A stretch of 55,001 nucleotides of DNA, from assembly GCA_002269645.1 (NCBI GenBank), contig NIVC01004210.1, forward strand, positions 1 to 55,001. The letters run 5' to 3'. The notes below the pieces were generated by a model that saw nothing but the letters and a program-made list of their open reading frames with translations, did not search any database and was not told the origin of the DNA. The position numbers and the translations under genes are program-made. This DNA comes from Macrostomum lignano (taxonomy: Eukaryota). The stretch's first letter is position 1, and each line of letters starts with the position of its first letter. Shown here piece after piece: positions 1 through 9,184 of this stretch.

Positions 1-287
1 AAATTAGGGATTTGAATTTACTTTTGCAAGAAAAAATAATTTCACAAATATGTATTTCAGCAAATTTCCTCCTCTAATTCTCTCATCGAAAATGCTCTAA
101 GCCGTGTCATCAACCGAACCGAGATGGCTTCTTCGAGAGACACTTCATCATCATCATCAGCAAGTGATCGGCCGCTTGAGTCTACCAATTTTGCTATCGA
201 AATCGAACCAACCAGCAATCCAATGTGATTAGTAAAGCCAGTAAAGTAGACTCTTCCCTCTATAAATACAAGCAAAAGTAGTCACGA

Positions 288-1256
288 AACCCGATTCCCG
301 ATTCGCCGATTCACCGATTCCCGATTCACGATTCACGCGATTCACTGATTCCCGATTCACGCGATTCCCGAATCGCCGATTCACCGATTCCCGATTCGCC
401 GATTCACCGATTCACTGATTCTCGATTCACCGATTCACTGATTCTCGATTCACCGATTCACCGATTCCCGATTCACCGATTCCCGATTCGCCGATTCACC
501 GATTCCCGATTCCGATTCCGATTCACTGATTCCCGATTCCTGATTCACTGATTACCGATTCACCGATTCCTGATTCGCCGATTCCCGATTCACGATTCCC
601 GATTCGCCGATTCCCGATTCACCGATTCCCGATTCGCCGATTCCCGATTCACCGATTCCCGATTCGCCGATTCCCGATTCACTGATTCCCGATTCGCCGA
701 TTCCCGATTCACCGATTCCCGATTCGCCGATTCCCGATTCACCGATTCCCGATTCGCCGATTCCCGATTCACCGATTCCCGATTCGCCGATTCCTGATTC
801 ACCGATTCCTGATTCACCGATTCCGATTCCCGATTCACTGATTACCGATTCACCGATTCCTGATTCGCCGATTCCCGATTCACGCGATTCCCGATTCACC
901 GATTCCCGATTCACACGATTCCCGATTCACCGATTCCCGATTCACTGATTCCCGATTCTGATTCACTGATTACCGATTCACCGATTCCTGATTCGCCGAT
1001 TCCCGATTCACCGATTCCCGATTCCGATTCCCGATTCACCGATTCCCGATTCGCCGATTCCCGATTCACCGATTCCCGATTCGCCGATTCCGATTCACCG
1101 ATTCCCGATTCGCCGATTCCCGATTCACCGATTCCGATTCGCCGATTCCCGATTCACCGATTCCCGATTCGCCGATTCCTGATTCACCGATTCCTGATTC
1201 GCCGATTCCCGATTCACTGATTCCTGATTCACTGATTCCTGATTAACCGATTCCCG
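288..1256. repeat. GATTC-based tandem array (7-8 bp monomers gattccc/gattcgcc/gattcacc, ~30-bp higher-order unit)
   Basis: Directly visible. It generates the spurious (GIGES)n and (ESVNR)n ORFs at 552-914 and 590-838. Confidence 0.95.
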
Positions 1257-1288
1257 CACCATAATGAGGTGGAATTAGGATTATGATT

Positions 1289-1318
1289 TATAAATTTTAA
1301 CTGTCGAGTGAAACGCGT
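1289..1318 (+). promoter_or_regulatory. Putative pPolB promoter: TATAAAT (1289-1295) and ACGCGT (1313-1318)
   Basis: Motifs lie 35 and 12 nt upstream of the pPolB ATG at 1330. Motif match only. Confidence 0.35.
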
Positions 1319-1329
1319 ACACCAACAAC

Positions 1330-4300
1330 ATGCTAATTCATGCAGGCATTCAATTCAGCTCGGCTATTCACGCTAGTGCGCATGATGACACGCTGCAGGT
1401 CAGACGCTTCACTCCAGCATCAAGAGATCTCGAGCCATTTCATTTTTTATCATCAACGAAGTTTGCAGTGCTACAGGCTGTTGAGATGAGATTCGATTCA
1501 TCCGAGAATAATTCTATTCGAGCGCAGCTCAAGTTCAACATCAGAATGGTGAGAATCAAGGAAGCTGCGGTAATCAATGCAGAAGATAAGTGGATCGCAT
1601 GCGGTCTTGAGCTTCTCTCTGATCTAAGAGATTTTGAATTGTGGTGGTTGCAGCAGTTTTCTGAGCTGGAACGCAAGATTGATGCCTACAATTCAAATGG
1701 GAGCGGTTGGATAGTTGAGCAAATCAACTATTTTGATCTGTGCTCTGCCCTCACTGATCGCATTCGCTACTATCGTGGACGATGCGCGAATTTTTCTTTG
1801 CCCAATCAGCTGGCCGTTAAGAAGGCCATAATCAACCCACCGAGCGATGGAAACAATTGCTTTCTGTTTGCCTGTCTCGCTTACCTGCACATCAGAGATC
1901 CAGGTGTGATGAAGTCTTGCCATCGACTAACAACTTACAGCAGATGGTTGGATGAAATCGATCTGAGCGGCATCGCACTACCAGTCGCAATTTCCGATTT
2001 AGACGTTATAGAGGAAAAGAATTCCGAAATCTGTTTCACAGTTTTTAGCTGGGAAGATGATGAGGCCTATGTCATTCGCCAGCCTCTTCCTGGGATTTGT
2101 GCCTCTCGCAAGGTTATTCCTCTACTCTTGCTTCGCAACTCCAGCTCCGATGATGCTGATGATGATGATGTGGTGATGAGAATTGTGGGACTGGACACTG
2201 GTGTGCAGTTTCGAACCTGGACCGGCTCCTGAACAGCAAAAAAGGTCTGAGGAATCGCAAATGGTGTGAGAAGTGCATTTCTCCGTTTCGATTCCAGGAA
2301 GAGTTGGAGCAGCATCGAGACAGCTGCAATCCTCAACTGAAACCAGCCATCATGGAGCGCATGCCTGATGCAAGTAGCAACACAATGCAGTTCATGGCTT
2401 GGGAAAAGACAATCAGTCCCCCATTTGTTGTCTACGCAGATTTTGAAGCTCTGAACACCCCACGTGAACCAGTGAAGCCTGAAAGAGAAGTTACTGTCAC
2501 CAAGTTAACTGAGCATGTACCTGTAGCTGCTGGCTACATTGTTATTCCAAGAGAGGGTATGAGCAGCAAAATTCTGAGGCCGAGTGAGGATGTTTTCCTC
2601 TGCAGCGGACCCAATCCGAATTCTGTCGTGAAACAGTTTTTGGCCTCACTCGAACGTCTTGCTCGTGAAGTTTATGGTTGGAATACCGAGTTTAGTCATC
2701 AGATTGCTGACAGAAACAGTGATGACAACAGGCGCAGCTTTCAAGATGCCACACAGTGCTATTTATGCAATGCAGTGTTCATTTCATCTTCTGACAAGCA
2801 CTGGGATCACGACCACCTCAGCGGTGAATACAAGGGTGCTGCCTGCGCTTCGTGTAACAAGCTTGCTCGGCTGAAACGGCGATTTTTGCCAATAGTTTTC
2901 CACAATCTTCGCGGATATGACCTGCATTTGATTTTCTCAACTGCGCTGGGTGACATGACTGGTTGGAGGGTGAGCGTCATCCCCAAACTGCTGAGTCGTA
3001 CCTCTCCATGAGGGTCGAGTTCCAGATTGATGAGTATGAGAAAGATGGCGTAAAAAAGCCCCTGTTTTTCACGCTACAATTCATCGACTCACTGCAATTC
3101 CTACACAGCAGTCTCTCTCAACTTATTAAGAACTTGCCGGAGGACAACTGTCCCATCACTAATGCGATGCGATCAAAGTATCCAAATCTCTCAAGCGATG
3201 TACTGTTTAGTAAGGGAGTTTTCCCGTATGATTATCTCTCGAATTTAATGTGCTTGATGATCGCCAACTACCAAAAGTAGAAAGCTTTTTTAACCGACTC
3301 ACCAACAGCCACTGTACCGAGGCGGAGTATCGGCATGCGCAGAAGGCCTGGACTGAATTCGAATCTACAACATTGCGCGATTACATGCTCTGCTACTTGG
3401 AGCTGGACATCAGGCAACTAGCAGATATCTTTGAAGGGTTTCGAAGGCTGAGTTTGCAGGAAGACAAGCTAGATCCGGTGCATTTTGTGTCAACTCCAGG
3501 CTTATCATTCGCTTCTGCACTAAAGTCTTCTCAAGTCAAGATCGAACTGCTAACTGACCTCGAGATGTATAAAATGTTTGAGAAAGGAATTCGGGTGGAA
3601 TGTCTTTTGTCAATGTACATCATGTCCAGAGCGAAAGTAGTGATGATGATAATGAACCAGCAGGTAGGAGTTTACTGGCTGTTGATGCTAATAACCTTTA
3701 TGGTCATGCGCTCACAATGCCCCTACCTGTTGGCGGCTTTCGCTGGCTCAGTCAAGAGGAGCTGTGCTCCTGGTCCGAGTGCCGCTTTCTTTCCCTGGAT
3801 GATGACGCTCCAATCGGCTACCTTGTCGAAGCGGATTTGCTCTACCCAGCCGAAATCCACACGGCAACGGAGGATCTTCCATTCGCCCCAGAGAAAAGGT
3901 GTCCGAATTTCGAAGAATTTCCGCAGTACATGCGAGAATTATGGGTACTGCTTCAACATGACAATGATCATTCTCATCATCATCAGCAGCAGCAGCCCGA
4001 CGCGAACACGAGAGAATCCTACCGTTGCGCGCTACCGTGGAGTACAAAAATTAATGCTCACATGCCACAACAAGTTTTCCTATGTACTGCACTCGTCTGC
4101 TCTCCGATTCTATCTATCGCACGGAATGAAGTTGCATGGGCTCCACAGGATGATCGAATTCAGGCAAGAACCTGTCTTCGCGGACTACATTAAGATGAAT
4201 AGCGAGAAGCGCTCTATGGCGAAAAATGATTTCGAGAAGGATTTCTATAAACTGAAAAATAACTCCCTGTTTGGCAAAACAATGGAGAACGTGCGCAAGC

Positions 4301-5071
4301 GGCGGGACATCAGAGTGTGTACTGACCAAGACTGTTTCTTCTCCAACCAAATGTCGCATCATTCACAATCATTACACCGTCACTCAGCATCTTTGAGCTT
4401 CAAAAGCACGAAGTAACTCTTGATCGCCCAATCTTCATGGGGCAGTGTGTTCTAGATCGCTCCAAGATCATCATGTATCGACTTTACTATGACAAAATAA
4501 AACCCATGCTAGAATTCCGTGATGGAGCAAGAGTTCGAGTTTGCGGTGGCGATACAGACTCGTTGTTTTTGAGCTTAGAGAACCTTAGTTTGCAGAGAGA
4601 AGTGCTGCCAATCCTGCATGCCGAAGGCCTCTTGGACACCTCCAATTTTTTCACTAATCATCCTCTCTTCTCGAATCGGCTAAAGGCCAAGCTAGGCTGC
4701 ATTAAAGATGAAGCTGGTGGACTGCAACAGATTGAGTGGGTGCTGCTAAGGCCCAAGCTCTATTCTTTCCTCGCTGAAAGCTCGGCGGCATGCAAAGCAA
4801 AAGCAAAAGGCATCCAACGAAGCGTGCTGAAGAATGAAGTCTCCCACGACGACTACGTCAAGATTTTCAAGGGGGCTTCAAAGCTGTCGCTCACTGTTCG
4901 TCGAATTGGAAGTGAGAAACATCGCGTTTTCACCATTGAGCAACGTAAGCTCGCTCTCAGTATCTGGAGGACAAGCGAGCGTGGACTGGCTCGAACTCAA
5001 GTCTTCCGTTCGGCCACTTTCAGCTGTTAATCAGGGGTAGTCCGAAAAGGACAGCGGACTGCTTAGAGTGA
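1330..5071 (+). CDS. Protein-primed family B DNA polymerase (pPolB), split by 7 frameshifts as assembled (~1,245 aa when corrected)
   Basis: N-terminal GSGW and KKAIINP..DGNNCF; ExoI PFVVYADFE; EndoVII-like CYLC..DHDHLSGEYKGAACASCN; ExoII HNLRGYD; KGVFPYDY; motif A DANNLYG; motif B KLKNNSLFGK; motif C GGDTDS; C-terminal EDKR..NSSLPFGH in the shifted frame ending at TGA 5069-5071. Frame changes near 2170, 2985, 3255, 3597, 4010, 4335 and 4966. Confidence 0.95.
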
Positions 5072-5791
5072 TGCTTTGCACATCTGTGTAACCTTGGCGT
5101 TGAAATTTATTGACTTTTACTTATGTACTCCATGAATTGTTTCTGTGGTTTAATTAATCTGAATGATGATGATGATGATGATGATAATGATGGATGATGA
5201 TGATAATGACAATGCTGGAACGAATAGAGCCAATTCAGTTAGTTACATATTTGTAGTCTCTAAGCAACTAACTGAGCGTAACATTTTCGAGTTGAGTTGT
5301 TCCAGATTTATTTCAATACGAACTTGTGAAAGCCATGTTGGAATAATTTGCGTCATATTGGTCTGGCTTTCCCCTTTTTTATATCCTTGAATTTTTGCAC
5401 AATTGAATGAACTGAGTTACTGTCCTTTTTTATCTTTGCTAGCTTTGCTACTCATATTTTTTTGTAACCATTATCCAATGATTATCTGAAAAATATTTGC
5501 TTCCTTTTTCATTTCTGCTAGTTCTTGTTCGTTTTTGTCTTAGCAGTGCATAATCTGAGTGATGGGTGTGCTTTTTTTTCTTGAGTTGGTGGTGGTCTGA
5601 TTAAATTTTCTATACTCAAACTAATATTGCGATTTCAGTTTTGAAAATAAAGAAAAAGTCGATCGAAGTCTGATTTTCAGGTATATTGATTAAAATGCAC
5701 GCATCTTAATACGTGGTATATGCATGCAAAATTATTATATTTTTGTTCAGCTGTCGTCTTTTTATTTAATTGTTGAAACATATGGTTATTA

Positions 5792-6355
5792 TTAGCACAG
5801 AAAACGGACAAGCAAGGAAAAGTCGGAAATTAGCATGCTCATTGTTTTTGCACCACTGAGAACAAATGAGCCATTGTGAAAAAGCAGGCATTTGCAGAAG
5901 CTTAGTTTGCAGATCAAAGCAGAAAATGATTCTGGCTCATATTGAGCACTTGGTAAAGTGTTTACAAGATTAGCGAGGGGAAGTGCTCTGCACAAGTCAA
6001 TCTTCCCATGAGCAGTAATAGTTTTAATCCGCACATGCACAGCTTGATGAGGCAGCAGTTGAGCAGGCACTCTGCGATGCAGCATAGCCACGAAGCGACG
6101 AGCGGCCCTGACTGAGGCCGAGTAGCTCCGGGCGCCACAGATACTCAGTTGTCCAGTCGGATAGAGCAATAGAGTCACTCTGGGATTCCGCATCCTCTTG
6201 ATAAGCACTCGGGGCCAGACGGGACGATAGATGACATGAGCCATGCTGAGAGCCAGTTCCCGCAGAGGCAATTGGGCACCCCTGCCTCCAGCAAGTCTCA
6301 GATCCACGCCGCCGACCAGATTGGTCACTCGCAGGGCTGTCGCAGGTGTACTCAT
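5792..6355 (-). CDS. Divergent TATA-box-binding protein (TBP) homolog, core domain only, encoded within the Polinton
   Basis: Both TBP repeats align by eye to the canonical core: NLVGGVDL~NIVSTVNL; RMRNPRVTLLLYPTGQLSICGARS~[24 protein letters not shown]; AARRF~AARKY; YEPESFSAL~YEPELFPGL; LLFHNGSFVLSGAK~LIFVSGKVVLTGAK. 187 aa, intronless; AATAAA follows at ~5762-5767 on the - strand. Confidence 0.9.
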   Translation of the reverse strand: MSTPATALRVTNLVGGVDLRLAGGRGAQLPLRELALSMAHVIYRPVWPRVLIKRMRNPRVTLLLYPTGQLSICGARSYSASVRAARRFVAMLHRRVPAQLLPHQAVHVRIKTITAHGKIDLCRALPLANLVNTLPSAQYEPESFSALICKLSFCKCLLFHNGSFVLSGAKTMSMLISDFSLLVRFLC

Positions 6356-6869
6356 TTAGAGAGTCCTTTCTGCCTGTGGTACTGTCTTTGCGAGCTTTTG
6401 AGTGGTGCGGGCACACCTCGCTTCTTAAGTTGATACAGAACTTCGGTTTCAGCCAGTTGTAGTACAGTAATACATTTTTCACTGCGCAACCAGTATCAGA
6501 TGCTTGAATCAAAGGTGATCCCAGATCCTCTAGGTTGTACACCTGTCTGCCAAGCAGCTCAGTCAGAAAGATGGACTTCTTCACCCCGCTTGTCCAGGTG
6601 GGACCGTAAGCAATGTTTAGAATGTCATTTGCCAAATGCATGTACGGTCGAGATCCATCTGTCCACTTGAAATGATGCAAATTCTTTGAGAGCTTTCTGT
6701 AATGCACTTGCATCTCAGGTGAGATTCTCTCCCATGAGAACGGAGAGGCGTACACGTGATGAGTGATATGGTAACTGCCAGCCCGGACTTGGGCAATGGC
6801 CAGCTCCTTCACAACGAAATCTCTGCTCGATCTCTCGCGTGGGAAGCCTTGGAAGTCAATATAGTTCAT
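6352..6869 (-). CDS. Polinton-associated DnaQ/DEDD-like nuclease-fold protein (IDFQGF...VKELAI...NLEDLG...CAVKNV), one probable frameshift
   Basis: Motif pattern typical of a small ORF family found in invertebrate Polintons. Adding one A in the run at ~6447-6449 gives ..NWLKTEVLYQLKKRGV..KGLSK* with the TGA overlapping the TBP ATG (ATGA). As assembled, the ORF instead runs on to 6024. The nuclease assignment is inference. Confidence 0.6.
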
Positions 6870-6922
6870 GATCGGATGGTTTCAAGACGCAAGATGTCGG
6901 GAAGCCGACTCAGTTCCCCTTC

Positions 6923-7584
6923 TTAAATAGTTTTTTTCCTGCTCAGCTGTAGCCAGGCTCTCCCACTCCCGAATCCCTTAACTGTATGATGTGCAGGGGT
7001 GGCCTCTGGAGAAACAGCCGGTTTAGAAATTAGCTGCCTTACTGACTTTCCTATAGCCGAAGCTGGGATGTTAAGCTTTTTGTCTTGAAGCAATGAGACA
7101 AACTCACTCCAGCCTACCGGCTCGTTGGCACATTTCGAATCCCTCACCGCACTGTGAAACAAATCCAGGATGTTTGAGGAGGGTATTGTCTTCCCAGAAA
7201 TTTGCGCCTCGCCATTTTCGGACACCTGAATCAGAGAGGGATTGCCAGATAGGATGGCCCATAGACTGCGGGCTCTCGCTTTAAACTTCTGCGGCACGGA
7301 TTGGGTGATCTTTTCCCCCCAGCTGCTGGGTGCAATATCAGTTTTCAGCATCTTTGCATCACTCGCAGGTACCGCACCATCCTTTCCAGTCCGCTTGCGC
7401 TTGGCCAGCAAACTCTTCATCGCATCATGGTACATGGCAGCTTTCACATCGTCTGGGCAATCCTCGGCAAGCAAAATATCATTGCATTTCCTCTGCGCAT
7501 ATCTCACAGCAGTGTCCATTCAGACTCGACTGGCTTCAAATTCTGTGTGAGCATGTCGTACTCTGACTTGGGGATCAGAACCAT
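6923..7584 (-). CDS. Conserved Polinton accessory protein (GE..I.G..IP.SNI.DL...P.GW..F family), one probable frameshift at ~7520
   Basis: ENGEAQISGKTIPSSNILDLF..EPVGWSEF motif. The upstream frame from ATG 7584 gives the family-like start MVLIPKSEYDML, joined by restoring one A (gaa atg). Confidence 0.75.
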
Positions 7585-7593
7585 TCTGAGAAC

Positions 7594-7911
7594 TTATTCA
7601 TTTTGCTTCTTTTTCTTCACTAGCTTTATTAGAATGTAGAGAATTTTGATAAAACCCGTATTTAGCAGATCCGCAGTTCTTCTATGTGTAGAAATTTTGC
7701 GGATTATTTGCTTTTGCTTCACCAGCGCTGCCTTTTGAGTGAGTGAGAACGACAGAGTGTTTTGCAATAGGTTGTAGCAGGCCTCAATGAGAAATTCACG
7801 TACGGCTTTTGGACCCGCTCTGATCAACAGACGTTTAAAGCTGATGGAATATTTCGGTGACGCGAGAACATCAAACAAACTTTCATGTGAGTCAAAGGTT
7901 TCCATTATCAT
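7594..7911 (-). CDS. Small conserved Polinton protein adjacent to the ATPase (..FLIEACYNLLQNTL...QKAAL...TGFIKIL)
   Basis: Resembles the ICEC..N.L.G...QK..L...GGFL small Polinton ORF. The first ATG is at 7911 or 7905, overlapping the ATPase end. Confidence 0.6.
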   Translation of the reverse strand: MIMETFDSHESLFDVLASPKYSISFKRLLIRAGPKAVREFLIEACYNLLQNTLSFSLTQKAALVKQKQIIRKISTHRRTADLLNTGFIKILYILIKLVKKKKQNE

Positions 7912-8611
7912 TAGTGTTGCAGAATATAGAACAAATGGCGAAATCTCGGCTGTTATTCTTAAGTGTAAACAGGTGGGGTCGCTGATTGGGCAGGATTCGA
8001 GCCCGGACGCGCAGCTCATCAGGGGTGGAAGGGTGAAAATCCAGGAGCAGGTAGGCTCCCCTGCCGTGCGATGTCACGTGCTTGAACACTGACAGCAGAA
8101 AGCCGGGCTTCTCAGCAAAGCACTGCCTGCCCAGCGCTGCAATCTGCAGCTGGTCTCTGGGGTTCTTCATGATCACAAAGTACATCGCATTCAGACTCAT
8201 TGTTCGCAACTCCTTCCCTTTAAAAAATACATTTTGGGTGAGCATAACCAGAAAGCAGGGCAAATGATGGGCAATTCCAGTGAAAACATTTCGCATTGCA
8301 GCAGAATTGGAAGTTTCTTCAATCAGGTCATCAAATACAACCAGGTCATTGGGTCTCAGTGCGGTCTCGATACTGCTGGGAAATCCCTGCTGCAGGTGCA
8401 CGCCGAGACTGCTGAGCTCAGAGTGTGCTGCTTGTGAAATCCCGTAGTACCACAGAACTCTCCCAGGCTTCACATCAAACATGACATCCTTGTATTGTAT
8501 CAGATGTTTCACGAAGGTTGTCTTTCCTGCATTTGTAGGCCCGCTGACAATCATGCAGCTTCCCTGTCGCAGGCGCACATCATAACAGTTTATCCGCTCA
8601 CGTGTTTCCAT
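7892..8611 (-). CDS. A32/FtsK-HerA-like genome packaging ATPase
   Basis: Walker A GPTNAGKT, Walker B LVVFDDL, and the HH..C...LTQN and N..Y....KNPRD motifs. Intact, 239 aa. Confidence 0.95.
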   Translation of the reverse strand: METRERINCYDVRLRQGSCMIVSGPTNAGKTTFVKHLIQYKDVMFDVKPGRVLWYYGISQAAHSELSSLGVHLQQGFPSSIETALRPNDLVVFDDLIEETSNSAAMRNVFTGIAHHLPCFLVMLTQNVFFKGKELRTMSLNAMYFVIMKNPRDQLQIAALGRQCFAEKPGFLLSVFKHVTSHGRGAYLLLDFHPSTPDELRVRARILPNQRPHLFTLKNNSRDFAICSIFCNTNDNGNL

Positions 8612-8636
8612 TGCCTGTTGAGCTAAATCTTGATTT

Positions 8637-9161
8637 TTAAAATCTAATTAAATTTCTTTTTCTTAAGCAACTCTCAAACCTTTGCAGAATTCTTTCATTC
8701 AAGTGGCTCTGCTGATTTGCATGGAGGTGCCGCAGAACCCACTCAAACGAGCGCTTGAAACGAAACTTTTGATAGGCAAACAAGAGACAGAACAAACCGC
8801 ATTTAGCAGAGTTGCAGCTCTGAATTCGATTCACATTGCTACGTAAGTAGAATGGAGAATACCAAAAGGATTTCAGTGCTCTGTGAATGATCTCTAAAGT
8901 GCTGGAGTCCCAGCCCAGAGAGTTAAAGAGTTCTATGGAATTCTCCTTATCAGTATAACAAACCACCCAGTGACCGAAGGATGAGCTGTACTGAAGCAGA
9001 AAGAAAATAAACTTACATCGAGATAAATTTCTTTTGAGAGTTGCTCGCTGAATAAAGTTCAAAGCATAAGATGTTTTATTTATTGAATTCAAGACAATAA
9101 TTAAACAGTTATTTTGTGGCAAAAAGCTTTTAGCCAGTTTAAGCAGTTGAAAAGCATCCAT
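8637..9161 (-). CDS. Adenain-like (clan CE) maturation cysteine protease
   Basis: GHWVVC...ELFNSLG...RIQSCNSAKCGLFCL matches the HW / FDSFG / Q..S..CG.FC pattern. Intact, 174 aa. Confidence 0.85.
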   Translation of the reverse strand: MDAFQLLKLAKSFLPQNNCLIIVLNSINKTSYALNFIQRATLKRNLSRCKFIFFLLQYSSSFGHWVVCYTDKENSIELFNSLGWDSSTLEIIHRALKSFWYSPFYLRSNVNRIQSCNSAKCGLFCLLFAYQKFRFKRSFEWVLRHLHANQQSHLNERILQRFESCLRKRNLIRF

Positions 9162-9184
9162 ATTAGCGTTGCGCCAGCGTACTC

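Noticed and set aside
57-275. 72-aa - strand ORF as an additional viral gene
   Set aside because: No ATG start and no recognisable motif; cannot be assigned to virus or host.
277-282. AGTAGT as the left Polinton terminus
   Set aside because: The following sequence (cacgaaaccc...) is not the reverse complement of the right end (which predicts AGGGGAAATGTGG...), and the flanks give no TSD.
552-914. (GIGES)n and similar periodic ORFs, also at 16309-16938, 26828-27662, 32301-32780, 33578-35239, 47398-47863 and 54444-54941
   Set aside because: These are translations of stop-free tandem repeats, with no domain evidence.
6024-6351. C-terminal ~110 aa of the 281-aa ORF overlapping TBP
   Set aside because: Best explained as read-through after a 1-nt deletion at ~6448; the overlapping frame is the one with TBP homology.
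6353-6358. TAAATG at the TBP start as a poxvirus-type late promoter
   Set aside because: Seen at this gene only; the element has no viral RNA polymerase, so it is probably coincidental.
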